NCBI RefSeq assembly: GCF_000400465.1
Contig: NW_008806281.1
Span: 20,001 to 268,000, forward strand
Origin: Wallemia ichthyophaga EXF-994
Taxonomy: Eukaryota; Fungi; Basidiomycota
Direction: 5' to 3'
DNA length: 248,000 nucleotides
Notes under the pieces: generated by a model
Seen by the model: only the letters and a program-made list of their open reading frames with translations
Databases searched by the model: none
Told to the model about the DNA's origin: nothing
Shown: piece by piece, positions 1 to 14,285 of the stretch
Layout: every line of letters begins with the position of its first letter
Position numbering within the stretch: position 1 is the stretch's first letter
Program-made: the position numbers and the translations under genes

Positions 1-573
1 GAAGGTATAAGTGCGCACTTCGGCATTACCCCAATATTTGCCCGAATTATAACCATCAGTGATCCACCTGAGTATATCGCCATGAGCCACGAAAACAATC
101 TCGCTCTCTGGTCTTTGTCTGATCCACTCCCTGCACTTGCGCGCTCTCTCGCCAGCGTTAGCTGGATCGTAAATGCCCTGCTTGTTAGTCCAGTTTGGGT
201 GGACATCCGAGAAGTCCAGCGAGGCGAACTCAGGGTCGCTTGTGAGGAGGTGGGGCTCGCTGCCGGTATCGCAGGGGTACGCGTTGATCTCTTGCGCAAT
301 AGTGACAAGTAGCGGTGGCTTACCGGCGGATTGCAGTCGCTGCACTAACTCTGGATACCCCTCGAGCATGGTTTGCATGGGGCGGCGCAACGGTGAGCTC
401 ACTACCAGCTCCGCCGTTTTTTGTATCGTACCCGCTGTCAGTGGGGACAGTCGCGCCGATTGCTCTCGCCCGAGCGCGGTTAATGGCGCATCGGCTATGC
501 TGTAGTCGTCCGCGACATTGTGCTCAGCTTGCGCGTGGCGCGTGAAGTAGATGGTCTTTGATGGGGCGCTCAT
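1..573 (-). CDS. Histidine phosphatase / phosphoglycerate-mutase-like protein (runs off window start)
   Basis: Manual translation from ATG 573: MSAPSKTIYFTRHAQAEHNV...SSPLRR...VAHGDILR (RHA, SP-RR and HG motifs); absent from the ORF track because there is no stop in the window. Confidence 0.85.
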   Translation of the reverse strand, partial: MSAPSKTIYFTRHAQAEHNVADDYSIADAPLTALGREQSARLSPLTAGTIQKTAELVVSSPLRRPMQTMLEGYPELVQRLQSAGKPPLLVTIAQEINAYPCDTGSEPHLLTSDPEFASLDFSDVHPNWTNKQGIYDPANAGERARKCREWIRQRPESEIVFVAHGDILRWITDGYNSGKYWGNAEVRTYTF

Positions 574-730
574 GATGGTTGGGTGGCACGAGTGGAGCGA
601 GAGCGAGAGTGTATGTGGATCTACGTGCGCGCGCACATGCGCCGAAATATCCTTATTTCCCGCCATCTCTCACGTTCACCTTCCATCTCCCATCTCCCAC
701 CGCCACCATTCTTGTTTTGCTACGCCGATC

Positions 731-3014
731 ATGTCGACACACATCAGGGAAACATTCTCGCAGTGCCATTCAAATGTGCGTTGTGCGTGGTAATCCTGCA
801 TAGATCCCCCACTCACACCGTCATTTCCAGGGCAAACCAGCTTTCGTGTGCGTATCAGCAGCAGAAACGAGACAAGACAAAGACTTACCCCGCACAGCAC
901 ATTCATGACAGCTGGCTATCCACACAGAGAGAGCACCGTCGATTTGATGCTGTCGCTCGAGAAAGGCGGCGCAGACATCATCGAGCTCGGTGTGCCATTC
1001 TCTGATCCAATCGCAGACGGTCCATCGATCCAGGCAGCCAACACTGTCGCTGTGTCAAACGGAATCACCTACGCGGACTGCCTCGAGTTCGTTCGTCAGG
1101 CTAGACAGCGTGGTTTGAAAACACCTGTCATGCTGATGGGCTATTACAATCCTGTCCTTAGCTACGGCGAAGAGAAAGCAGTCAAGGACGCCAAAGACGC
1201 CGGTGCCTCTGGTTACATCATGGTCGATTTGCCTCCAGAAGAAGCTGTTAAATTCCGTAATATCTGCACTTCAGAGGGTCTCTCTTACATACCACTCGTC
1301 GCTCCATCTACCACCGAATCACGCATTCAGTTCCTTGCTAGCATTACTGACTCGTTTATGTATGTTGTCTCCAAGGTGCGTCGTTGTTTGCGTGTTCCTG
1401 TCTTAGCTCATTTTCACTCTTCTTCAGATGGGCACTACTGGTTCTTCCACAGACGTCTCGACTGATATTCCCCAGCTTCTCGCTCGTATTAGAAAATACA
1501 CCTCCAATCCACTCGCTGTCGGTTTTAACATTTCCACGCGCGAGCACTTCAACTTTGTCGCAGACGCTGGCTCTGATGGTGTTGTCATTGGCTCGCGCAT
1601 CATCAATCTCGTCCGCGATGCACACAAAGAAGGTCGTGACATCAATGCAGCTGTTGTGAGCTACTGCGCTGATGTTTGTGCCGATGCCAAGGCAAGTTCT
1701 GGGCACAAGGCAGCAGCAGCGCCACCAATCGATCCACCGACTGAGCGCAACGCTGCTGAGCACCCACCTGCTCCCAACATGCCTGAGCCTTTGCTTGACG
1801 CAATGACAGGTCATCCAGCCCGTTTTGGTGAGTTCGGTGGTCAGTATGTTCCTGAAGCGCTTGTCGACGCCCTCGCTGAGCTGGAGGCAGCACATAGTCT
1901 TGCCGTAAGTGATCCCTCCTTCTGGCAAGAGTTGGAGGGCATGTACGAGTACATGGGTCGTCCATCCTACCTCTATGAGGCAACTCGTCTCACTGAACAC
2001 GCCCAGGGCGCGCGCATTTGGCTCAAGCGTGAGGATCTTAATCATACCGGCTCTCACAAAATTAATAACGCCGTCGGTCAGATCCTCCTCGCAAAGCGTC
2101 TCGGTAAGAAACGTATTATTGCTGAAACGGGAGCCGGTCAACACGGTGTTGCTACAGCTACAGTTTGTGCTCGCTTCGGCCTCGATTGTCATGTGTTCAT
2201 GGGAGCTGAAGATGTTAGACGTCAGGGATTGAATGTATTCAGGATGCGTATGTTAGGTGCACGCGTTATTCCAGTCACCAGCGGTGCACAGACACTCAAA
2301 GACGCTATCAATGAAGCTATGCGTGACTGGGTCACTAACCTTTCCTCAACTCACTACCTCGTCGGCTCCGCTATCGGTCCTCACCCCTTCCCTACGATTG
2401 TGCGCGATTTCCAGCACGTCATCAGCAAAGAGATCAAGAAGCAGATGATGGAGAAAGTGGGAGTGCTCCCTAATGCAGTCGTGGCCTGCGTGGGAGGTGG
2501 ATCTAATGCGATCGGCACCTTCTACGATTTCCTTCCGGACCCATCTGTGAAATTGATTGGTGTGGAAGCAGGAGGTGATGGAGTGGACACACAGAGACAC
2601 TCAGCCACACTCAGTCAGGGTAAGCCTGGTGTTTTGCACGGTGTGCGGACGTATCTCCTACAGAGTGCCAACGGACAGATTATCGAGACTCACTCTGTAT
2701 CTGCTGGTCTCGATTATCCAGGTGTAGGTCCAGAGCATGCCCATCTTAAGGATTCGGGTAGAGCGCAGTACATGGTCGCTGATGATGAGCAAGCTCTGCG
2801 CGGCTTCAGATTGCTCACTCAGCTCGAAGGTATCATCCCCGCCCTCGAATCCGCTCATGCTATCTGGGGTGGTGCTCAGTATGCCTCTACCCTCCGCAAG
2901 GAGGATCACGTCGTCATTTGTCTCTCAGGTAGAGGTGATAAGGATGTCGAACAGGTCAGTGAACTCCTCAAATCGGGTTGGGATAAGCGTCTCGATTGGG
3001 ATACCTCCGTGTAG
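731..3014 (+). CDS. TRP5: Tryptophan synthase (fused alpha-beta)
   Basis: [16 protein letters not shown] alpha motif; [16 protein letters not shown] and ETGAGQHG beta motifs; introns. Confidence 0.97.
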
Positions 3015-3312
3015 GAGCGGTGTAATGGTGCTGTGGAAGGTGGAAAAGGTTTAAAGTGTTATTTAAACTTTATCGTGAAATGCATTGTATTGTTCAATCG
3101 GATTTCTTCTCGCATTTCTTGGTGCTGTGTGCATTTGAATATCCTTCAACATGACGTCACGTAGTGATCTTTGGAATGCCCACATGCCCAAATGACCGAA
3201 TATATATTTGCCGCAGTGCATATCTATCGTTGGTGTAAAAAATTGATCGTCTCTTGTTTCCTTCTCGTCCTTCTTGACTCTATCCTCCCTAGAAATACAG
3301 GTGTCTCAGTTT

Positions 3313-5062
3313 ATGATGGACACAAATACAAATGCACATGCAGATGCGGAATTAAAGACAAATACAGAGTCACCAAAAAACGCAGAAGATCTATCAACCA
3401 ATATCACCCAACCCACGCAGCTCTACCTAAACACTCAAGACACGCGCAAATTATCTACAGATTCATCTCAGCACACCCATGTCTGCAGTAGACATAGCTC
3501 CAGCTTCGACAAGTACCACTCGAGCTCAACGATACACCAAGACTCCCCTGCGTCGCACGACCTCCTCAACCAAGACATAGCCTACTATTTTCCCAACAAA
3601 GCCTACCGCTTCCAGAAGAAGTGGGTGCTGGTGGCTATGACAGCGTTGTCTTTCGCTACGATAGGTATCAATGATAGCGCTGTAGGTGCGTTAATGCCGC
3701 AGATGGAGAAATACTACCACAAAGTGAGACAAGTGATTGATTTAGATTTGCAAATCTAATTTGTCCCTTCAGAGCGAAGCTATAATGTCCTTCTCCTTCC
3801 TTGCGAACTCGGGTGGCTATGTCATCTCAACCGCCACATCCTCATTCCTGATACACCACCTGCAATTGCGCTACGTACTTATGATCGCCAGCTGTATTTA
3901 TTCGTTAGGCTCATTAATTGGCACATTTAGACCACCGTGAGTGTTTATACGAAAACTTTGGTGGTTCAAGGACTCATAGAATTCAAATTCCAACAGCTTC
4001 GGTGCTCTCATGGTTTCTTTTATCCTAACTGGCTTTGGTGGTGGGTTGCTAGACACTGCGGCTACATCTGTAATCGTCCATTTCGAAGATGGGCCACTGC
4101 TCACAGTGACATACTCCTTTTTCTCGCTCGGATCTATGGCGTCGCCATTCCTCGTCGGCGGACTGCAGAGCGGCGATAAGCAGCCATGGGAACTTTACTT
4201 CTGGTTTCCGTTCTCCCTAGCTGCTTTTCTCTTCCTCTTGCAGTGGTTCGTCTATCGCTCGTACAAGGCTCCAATTGAGAAGGATGCGTTGCATCTGAGT
4301 GCTGCGCGCAAATTTCGCCTCGTAATCACTGACTGGACCATCATAATCGGTGTCTCGCTCACCTTTGTTGTGTTTGCAATGCAGGGTGGGAGGAAATTTT
4401 GCGACAGATACTAACACTGACGCGGACACTCCACAGACTCTTGGAGCCAGTGGGCGAGCAAGTATTTGCAGGACACGAAGGAGCTCGGTGACGGTATTCC
4501 CCAGATCGCCCAAGGGACGTTCTGGGCCGGCGTGGCTGTTTCGCGCATAGTGCTGTGCAAATTAGTCGCTATGGTGGGTGACATCAAGGCATCGGTCAGC
4601 CTCTGCGCTATGTTTGCCCTCGTCTTGGTCGGTGTGTGGTTGGTCGAGACGCAGCATTTGGCAGGTGCTATATGTCTTAATATCCTGCTCGGTTTCGTCG
4701 ACGGACCACTCGTACCCGTCGTGCTGTCTACCAGTGTTAATACTCTGCCTCACTACCTCAAACAGCCTGCTACATCGGCCATTGTGTGTGGCGGTTTAGT
4801 TGGCTCTAGCATTATTCCCCTTGCTGTGGGACAGGCTGTCAACGCCTTCTCTACCGATATTGTGCCAGGAGTACTTATTGTTATTGCAGCAGTCAGCATC
4901 CTCCTCTATACCGTGCTGTATACCACTAAATACCTCAAGCTGATGAAAGATAATGATATCAAGCCTAGCATAAGTGGTTGGATGAAAGCTTCAATTAGCA
5001 AAAATACCTCTTTTTCCTCTAAGCATAGAGAATGCGCGCAACAGTCCCAAGCATCACCATAA
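3313..5062 (+). CDS. MFS transporter (tandem copy 1)
   Basis: IGINDSAVGALMPQ, multiple TM segments, spliced. Confidence 0.85.
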
Positions 5063-5509
5063 TCACCGTGATATATTTCTTTGTATAGAGCACACAAGCC
5101 CTCGTTTGGTTTTTTAAGATAGAAGGATCTTGTTTAATGATTTGTAATTTGTTTTATCGATGTTTTTGTTGCAATTGTTACTGTTGCTTGGCACGGATAC
5201 AAGCGCCTCTGAAACCCTGCTGCAAATCTCCCTACACTAGCCTCTAGCACCTCTCAGCTACATTATAATATGAAAAAGCTATACCGTCACACATTTTATT
5301 ATTCTTGGCAGCATGCATTCGCTAATCCCCGCGAAATGACTCCAATTATGAAAATTTGACCGGAATGTTCTTTGAATATTCGCGCTTCGCCGAGCGCATG
5401 TAGGAATATAATTTCCCTTTCTGGCATCTTTTGACGTCTTATACCAGTTACAAAACACACGAACGATCTAGAACGAACACTACACAACAATACGACAACA
5501 TAGCTACTA

Positions 5510-7418
5510 GTGAAAATGTTCACAAGCAAGAACAAAAAAGCATCGCAGAAGCAAAAACAGAAAGAAAGAGAGAGAATGGAGCAAAATAAGGAGAACCTCC
5601 CAGATACAAGGACTCTGCCGTACCTCCACAATGGTCGACGTGAGAGTCAAGACTACACGAGAAATAACACGTTGGGTGTTGGGAGCACATCACTTATTGA
5701 TACACTAGAAACTATTCCTAGTGTTTCCCCTGATGACAAGAAGTACATCAAGGAACCCGAGCGTACTAGGAAGAAGCCAAAACGCACAAAATCTGCACCT
5801 CCGCTGACCATGCACAACTTTGACACTCAGTCTGAAGCATCTATAAATGAGTTAGATAGGGGCGATAAATACCTCAAGAAGGTATTTTTCTTCCACAACT
5901 CGCGATGGAGACTTCGCAGGTGCTATGTCATGATTGGTATGACGAGGTGAGTTGTTTCTTTGTCTACTTAAAAATTCTAAAGAGAACAGCTTGACATACA
6001 TGGTAATCGGACTAAACAGTAGTGCAATCGGTGGTCTTATACCACAAATGGGAGAGTATTATGACATAGTGAGTAAGTTATGCACAATTCAGTCTCTACT
6101 GACAAGCACAGTCAGAAGATGATATGTCAATGTGCTTTTTAGCTAATTTTGGCGGATACTTAATCTCGACCGCTTTGTCCGCGTTCCTGATTCATCACGT
6201 CAGACTCCGTTTGGTATTAACTGTGGGCTGTTCCTAGTAACTGTAAACCTTATCTGATAGCAGCACAGTCGGCATCAGCAATTTACTTTAGTGGTTCGCT
6301 CGTTGCAACATTTGCGCCTCCTTTCGCTGTCTTTATCGTCAGTCTCGTTTGTGAGTAGTGCAATGTATTGTCAACTTCGTCTAACAACATCAGTGACTGG
6401 TACAGGGGCAGGTCTGTTGGATGTGGCTGCAACTTCAGTTATTATGCATTACGAAGATGGTCCGCTACTGACAGTCACATACTCGTTCTTCTCGGTGGGG
6501 TCGATGATCGCACCTTTCTTAGTCGGAGGGTTGAGAGCCAGCAACAACAAGCCATGGAATCTGTACTTCTGGCTTCCTGTCGCACTCTCCTCTCTGCTCA
6601 TGGTGTTGCAGTGGTTTGTCTACGCCTCCTACCAGTCACCCTCGGAGAAACGCTCTGGCAATGACACATCTTTCCGTCGACTCCGCTTCGTTCTCTCAGA
6701 TCCTTTCATGTTGTGAGTTTTGGTTATATAATGAAACACCCACTAACAACACGATAGACTCACGATCATACTCTTCTTCGTCATGATGGGCATGCAGGAT
6801 AGTTGGTCGCAGTGGGCTGTATCGTATCTAGAGAGGGCAAAGGGTATGGAAGGTTCACTTGCAAACATAAACTTAGCATGTTTCTGGGCTGGTGTTACCC
6901 TCTCCCGCTTAACTCTCGGTCATTTCATAAACAAATGGGGTGATATGAAGTCTGCAATCACGCTCAATCTGGCATTCACGTTCATGATGACTGGATTTTG
7001 GCAAATCGACGACAGTCTCAATTACGGTCCAATTGTCTTGAACATATTTTGCGGTATTTTCGTAGGTCCGCTGGTACCACTCATATTAACAACAGCCGTT
7101 GATCGGTTGCCACATACTTTAAAGACGACGGCAACATCTACAGTCATAGCTGGCGGACTAATTGGTAGTACCGTTATGCCGATGTCCCTCGGTCAAGCTA
7201 TTCATAAATTTTCCGAACACATTATACCAGGGGTATTGATTGTCGTGTCGTTCATCCTTCTCGCTGGACTTCTCGCCCTCTTTTCTATGAAATACTATAG
7301 ACGATCTTTAAGCAAGAAGGACATTTCTAAGACTGTTCACAACCACGGCTCCTTGGCTCATGAAATGAGGTTAAATAGGAGAAAGCTCGTTCATCCACCG
7401 CGCATAAACAGACAATGA
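5510..7418 (+). CDS. MFS transporter (tandem copy 2)
   Basis: GLLDVAATSV..EDGPLLTVTYSFFS closely matches copy 1. Confidence 0.8.
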
Positions 7419-7862
7419 TCAATACATTAACCAGACTCTAACGAGCGCTTTAAATATTGAAATCTCTACAGATCGATGGATTATTGCTTTTGCTTAAAAC
7501 TTGTTTTACTCTTCTTAACTTTAATGTAGTTTTCAATTACACTTTGCTTAAATTTTTCAAGAATCTTAAGATTGGCTTGTTTGATTAATTACATAATCTA
7601 CGCAAGAAATTCTTATTCCTGAGTCTCTTGAAAAGGGAAAGTAAATTAGAAATCTTTGTTTGTTTGCTTTGGAATGAAGAATGGTGGAGGAATGAAGAGT
7701 GAGGAATGGAGATGCCTTTGATGCTTACGTGTTCACTGCGGATGATACGGGCAATTGAGCCCGATTCAATCAATTGGAGAACGGAATGTCAAATCATTAT
7801 CCACATGAATTCATGGTGATAATCATCTCACTGAGGTGCCGCAAGCGTTGTTATAATAGACT

Positions 7863-9474
7863 ATGGTTACTTTTTTCAAAAAATCTTCAGCAGCTAATAG
7901 CGGTGGCAATACTGACAAATCATCAGTCCCGTATACTGGCACAGATAATGACACATCCAACAATGGCAACACTGTCAAATCACAAGTAGCGGATAATGAC
8001 GCAAATAGCGACATATCTAGTCTCGAGAAACAAAATATCAGTGAAAAAGTAGAGCTTTCCACCATAAGATGGTCTATCATGATAGTTTTTCTATGTTTCT
8101 CATTCACTGCAATCGGGATAAACGACTCAGCAACGGGTTCCAATTTACACAACATACAAGAGCGCTACTCAATAAGCTATAAGCAAACATCCTTTCTCTT
8201 TCTCTCCAACGCTGGCGGCTATGCTGTCTCAAGTTTGTGCACTTGCTACGTAATGTTTTGGATAGGTGTACGCTGGACAATCTTTTTCTCAGCTATTATT
8301 TATTCTGGAGGAGCTCTTATTACTTCTTTTGCACCCCCCTTTGGTGTTATCGTCGTTTCCTTATTCCTGCAAGGAGTAGGTAGTGGATTCTTAGACGCGG
8401 CAGCTACCTCTGTTCTCGCTCTAATTGCCTCTGCTGATGTGCTATCGCGTGTGTACGCTTCATTTTCGCTTGGTTCTGTGGGTTGGGAGTCACAACTCTT
8501 CTGAACATTTAGTCTAACAAAGCATGGCTACAGATGACTGCGCCTTTTATTATCGGTGCATTCTCTCAACATCATTTGACTTGGAATGTAAGTGGGATGT
8601 TCTGAAACATCTCAATTGCTCAACAAACGACAGTACTTTTACTTCTTTCCAATGTGAGCTAAGAACGCCATAGAAAGAAAGTCACTAAAGTAGACCAGGT
8701 CATTAGGAATCGTTCTCGCCTCAACTGCTTTATGGGTTTTTAAACACTTTACTCTTCCAAACCAAGGCGATAAAAAGCACGAGAAAGACAAGTCTGGAAC
8801 GGTGAATGGCCGACTGAAGTTAATTCTTTCAAGATCTGAGGTGTATTTGGCACTCGTTCTTGTATGCCTCGCTAGTTCTCATCAGTGTATAAACTCACAA
8901 TGGTCGCCGTCCTATTTCCTATTAAAGGGATACGAGGAAGACGTGAGTACATATGTCGTAGCCGGATTCTGGGGAGGTGGGTTAAAGGTTCTCTAGAATT
9001 TCGCACTAACTATCGACAGGTGTGACAATTGGCAGGTTGGCCGGTCCCACTGTGTTCAAGAAAGTATATGACAAGACACGCAATATATCACTTGTCGCGC
9101 TAGCAATGGTATTCAGTGGTGTCATATTTGCTGTCGATAGCCTGGCAGCTAGAGCGACACTTCTATGCCTGACAGGGCTAGCATGGGGTAAGTAACCCTA
9201 AAGTAACGACCTCAAACTTAAACACTGACCGTCGGCGAATATAGGCCCGATAGCTCCAGCGAGTATCGATGCAGGTATATCGATGGTGCTTGAGGAGGAA
9301 ATATCAATAATAACCCCACTGATAATATGCTCTGGATTGCTGGGAGCGAGTTTCGCGCCCTTTTTCTTCTCATTCGCCGCTGATGCCTTTACAGCCAATA
9401 TATTACAACCAGTGCTAATTGTCGTGGCTGGAATAGAGCTAATATTATTCATCTTTGTACCAAAGAAACAATGA
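7863..9474 (+). CDS. MFS transporter (tandem copy 3)
   Basis: IGINDSATGS, GFLDAAATSV motifs; many introns. Confidence 0.8.
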
Positions 9475-10668
9475 AATTATTGTCGGCTATTCTAGCTGAC
9501 CTTGACATTTGCACAATCATTCCTGCTATTGCGAGCAAGTAAGCTTGATACATAGCCATAGATAATCTTTAAAGTATCTCTTCAGAATCATATCCTTGAG
9601 ATTCCAATTGCGTGTTATAGGCTGTTCGGAAGTTGCAATCCGAAATCACTATGGAACACGTTTTAAGGATAGATATGGAATATTTTATGTGTTTGATCGA
9701 TATAACAGATTTTATTGACTTTTAAAGACTACAAGCATCCAAAAATCTCAATTTTTCGAATCTACAAACGCAAATTATCCTTTTCGACGCATAGTCTTTA
9801 CAGGAATTGATGCTTGCTCCAGGGGTATAGTGGGATCATCAAACACCTAGCAAAACAGTTTATGGAAAGGAAAGTGGGAGTCAGCCGAGCTCTGAAATCG
9901 GGGTTTGGCTTCTGATCAGTGCGTTTCAGGATTTCACATGATGGGGATGCGAAGGCTGTTGAGGCTCCTTTGGAATCATTATAGGCAGGACAATTGGATG
10001 TAAAATTTTAAGCTCCTAAACATCGCCTGAATGCTAGACATTAACAAGCAGGCTGACAGATTGGCTGGTAAACTACGTCTATGGCATTCTATGCGATTTT
10101 GGCGTCATACTTGACAGGGTATGTGTGGCGTGAGAAAACCCTGGAAAAAGCACTCAATGACCTTCAAACTTTAAAGCTTACCGTGGCGTAAGTCAAATGT
10201 TTCCATTAAGTGTGATGAAGGGATATAGTGATATGGGAGATAAGCATGAAATATATTAATGGATGAGATTCCTACCAGCGCAGCTTATTGACTGCTCTCT
10301 TCATTATAAGTGAAATGCAATCAGACTTAAAGGTTTATAAAGGCTAAAGAAGGGCGCTAGCGACAGTGTACATGTGAATATTATAGACTATTAATGTTTG
10401 TAGATTAAAAAAATTACAAGCTTTCAGTCGACCGTTCTGGCTTTGTGTGACATTTGAAGAAGGGTACAAGCCTGAGTCGATATGATATCAGTATCCTTGA
10501 GAGTGCCTGAGCTGTATTCGAGATTCGAGATTCGAGATTTGGCACTGCCTTCTTCAAAGAACTGCATCTTCATTCCTCAAGCACCTACAGTGCAGCTTAA
10601 GAGAACTTCAGAGCATTCCAAAGATCTGTCAGCCGATCCTCAGAAACAGCTCTGGAATAAGCACCGTC

Positions 10669-12563
10669 ATGTTAACTAGGAATAGAAGTAACCACAACCC
10701 CTCAACTACAATGGCTTCCAACGCGTGCTTATGTGGTGCTATCCCCAACAAGACACGCGACCCTGAATCAATCTACTGCTCGACAACATGCGCGCGAGCC
10801 GACTCACTCGCTGCGTTGACCGCGCCAGAAGAGCTCACGTACACACGAGCCAGCCACTACCGCCGTGTATCATCCAAACAGGAGTTGCACGTGCAAGCCA
10901 GCAGCAAAAGCAGTAAGGACGGCAAAGGCAGCAAAGAAATCGATGTCAACAAAGATGTCGACAGTCAGTCGTCCTCTTCGAAGAAATCTGCTACACGCAA
11001 GTCACACTGGAAGAAAGCGAGACAGATGCTCTTCGGCAGTCCTGGTACACCTGAAGAGAGCGGCGTGGAAGAGAAGAAGCTGAAAGGCAGGATACTGAGA
11101 CGCAAGTCCAAGTCGTACTCCATCCTCAATCCGTCAAGACAAGCGAGATCACCGCCTAGTGAGTGCTTGGAGTATCGCGAACGACACCTTCTGACACCCA
11201 CATAGAACAACCGCAACTCGGCCAGCCTAAACTCAAGCTAAAACCCGTAACGAGGCAGCGGACGTGCTCCAGCGAAGAAGAACTGAAACCTCCCCCTCTT
11301 CCGCCAAAGCAGGCCAAACTACCCCTAGGCGCACGCCACAAGCGCGTACCGGCAATCATAAAGATACCAGGTCGTGACGTAGACTATACACACTCTAGGA
11401 ACGCGTCTACAGCTTCGGAAGCACAGACAACAGCATCGTCTGCTAACACAACGACTACTTTCCAGACTGACACCACTGCCACAACAGCTCCGTCGAGCAT
11501 CGTGTTGGACACGCCATTAATTTCGCCCAAGAAGTTCGGTGCCCACAGTACGCATGGTTCACATGGCTCAAGTGCTTCGCACGTCTCATGCGGATCGCAT
11601 AAGAGACAGTCGATCGCTTCACGTATCAGCCACCCCCGGCACTCTCCGGAATCAACACCGATCGCAAACAAAGTGGAAACGACGCCGGTGATTTCGCCAA
11701 AGATATTCGGTCCACAACAGAGAGAATCGTTTGGTTCGCGTATAACCAACTCACCGGAATCTACAGCGACACCTACAGGATTAGCACTAGGGACAGTCGA
11801 TAACACAGGCACACCAACGCCCGCGCCTGTGATCAGTTTCAATGACATGGATGATAGCTTAGTGCGGTCGCCATCGTCGAACACAGTGGCTTTGAATAGA
11901 GCTCGCTCAAAAGCATTGAGGGACAGAGCTAAGCGGTTGTCACTTGCTAAGTCTTCCAACAACCTCCAGGTTGCCTCAAACCAGAGTCTCACGAAGACAC
12001 TGCAACAGTCTCAAAGCTGCTCGACGTTCAGATCTGCAACGACAAGCACATCTAAGCAGACTTTCGAGAGTGCGTTCGATGGCACCAACCCAGCTGATTA
12101 CAGTCCAAGTCCAACATGGGAATACGACGATATATACAACAGCAACAGCCATATTTCGCTCGATAATGGGAATGGGAATGAAGACAGGGTCAATGGTAAT
12201 GCTGCTGGTATCATGCCACTACAATCAATCAGGGAATACTCACCAATCAAGGAGTCGCATGAGCCATTAGCAAATAAGGAGTCACCACCAAAGGAGGCAT
12301 CTCCACCACTCGTCGATTACGATCTGGATTGGTACATTCAACACTCTCAGTCGTACAAATCCATCAAGATAGCACCACCACCTGCACCACCAGTCGCACA
12401 ATCAATCGCACCAAAATCAGCGCCTCCCAGCCCGTCTGACCCGAATGCAACATTCTCAAAGATGAGCAACACCAACCACGCTGAACAGAACGAACTTGAG
12501 GATCTAGATGATAGCATGAAGCAGGCATTGCTGATGGCGGATGATATACTCGCATTTTCCTAA
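10669..12563 (+). CDS. Hypothetical S/T/P-rich protein with N-terminal Cys motif
   Basis: Two ORFs joined by a GTGAGT..CATAG intron near 11160; CLC..YCSxxC. Confidence 0.6.
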
Positions 12564-12849
12564 ACATTCTTATGACTCTGATGATATTTATTAACTGTCT
12601 CTTGCACGAAAAACACTACGCTCACTACGTTTTCTTATTTGTACGTTCGCATACTCGCACAATCGTTATTGTCATGTTTTTGTTATATTTGAAGATGAAT
12701 GAAATAATGCAATACAAAACAAATCGTTAGGGTGCGCAATCCAAGCGCTGTCTTTGGTGCTATGTGCTACGTGCTATGAGCGACGAGCTATTGGCTATCG
12801 TGCTTTTCTATGCTGATATAATTATGAGAGTGTGTAAAAAAAGAGAATC

Positions 12850-13714
12850 CTAGTAAATGACACCGCGGTCACCACCTGCAATCCTTTGCAGACGGGAAGT
12901 GATTGAGAAGTCACCGTAAAAGGACATGCTGTCTTCGAGCTTATTCCTGACGTCTTTCTCGTCGACTCTGCTACCCCAGATGGACTCGCTGTAGATATCC
13001 TCGGCGTCAAAACGCTTCAATCTGGGACAAGCTGTGGCTATACCAGCGAGCATTGTTGCAGGCGCCTTAATAGCCTGGCCGAGCGAGATAGTCTCCAGGG
13101 TTGGCGACAAGACAGCAGGGAGGTATCTATCTGGATGTGTGCACTGAGGGAACTGGACGTGTGACATGCTCAAGTGCAGCAGTCTGCTCCATCTTGGCAG
13201 TTGGTTTAGGACGATTGTGAGACATGGCGTCACCACACTGAGACTGATATGATGCGGTGGGTCAGGTGATGTCCATTCGAAGCTTATCGGGCTGCGTGCG
13301 AGTGTGAGAAGAGGTGAAGTGTAATGGCATTCCCACTCACTCGATAGCAGCGAGACCTTCAATCAAACCACGCCTGTCTTCGTTCCAGAGACCCATAGCG
13401 CGTAATTTGAGGTGCTGCACGTTGCGGCACTTAGTTAAGGCATTGCCAACAGAATCCCACACAGAACCAGCAGCTGAGGGGAGGTTGATGTGTAGTGCCC
13501 TGACTTTGCTGAGAAGCTCGAGTGGAACGTTGTTGGAAAACAGCTCAAGTTGGTTGAGTGAGTTGATGGCGCATGGATGCTGCTGGTATACGTGACGATA
13601 GAGAATTTGAGTTGTGCGCGGGTGTATCAGCAGCAGATCCAACGCGCTCGAGCGGGAGTCTTGCAGTGCGTCTGTGAGAATAGGTTCGAGGAGTTCTGTG
13701 GGCAATTTAATCAT
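12850..13714 (-). CDS. F-box-like / leucine-rich protein
   Basis: N-terminal LPTELLEPIL; one intron near 13340-13290. Confidence 0.55.
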
Positions 13715-14285
13715 CGTCGTGATGGTAGTCGTTATTAAATGGAATTCCTAAAATAATTATTCGGAGTGGAATATTCGGACGAAGTGCGGGGTCAGGTCGC
13801 AGTCTCAGTTTCAGATTAGATTATTCATCATCAGGTACAGAGTTACAGGCTTTTTTGTGCGCGCATCTTAACTTTAATTGATTACCATTGTATATCGATC
13901 ACAGCCCATCTCCTGTAGGTTTTCATACACTCCCAAATCCAGCCTTTCAGACTCATTTCCTCTTTGAGTTTGTTTCACCTGAGACACAACCTCGGTACTC
14001 CTCGGGGAGGATTTAGCCAATATTTTTCAGCAACCGAAAATTTACCTGTGAATTATTCTTCGAAACACACACGTCTGTCATAGTGTATCGCAGTACACCG
14101 CATCACGTGCTACTCGAACAACTGCGGAAATGTCACCATGTCACCGCCCCACCGATGTCAACCATTTTTGGTAATTATTGTCTACATTGCGGTGAGGAGG
14201 CTGTGAGCAATATGGCAGTGCAGGGCATCTTTCTCTATCTTGTATCCCTCTGCTGCGAACTTCCTCCTGCTTCCGCACCATCATC

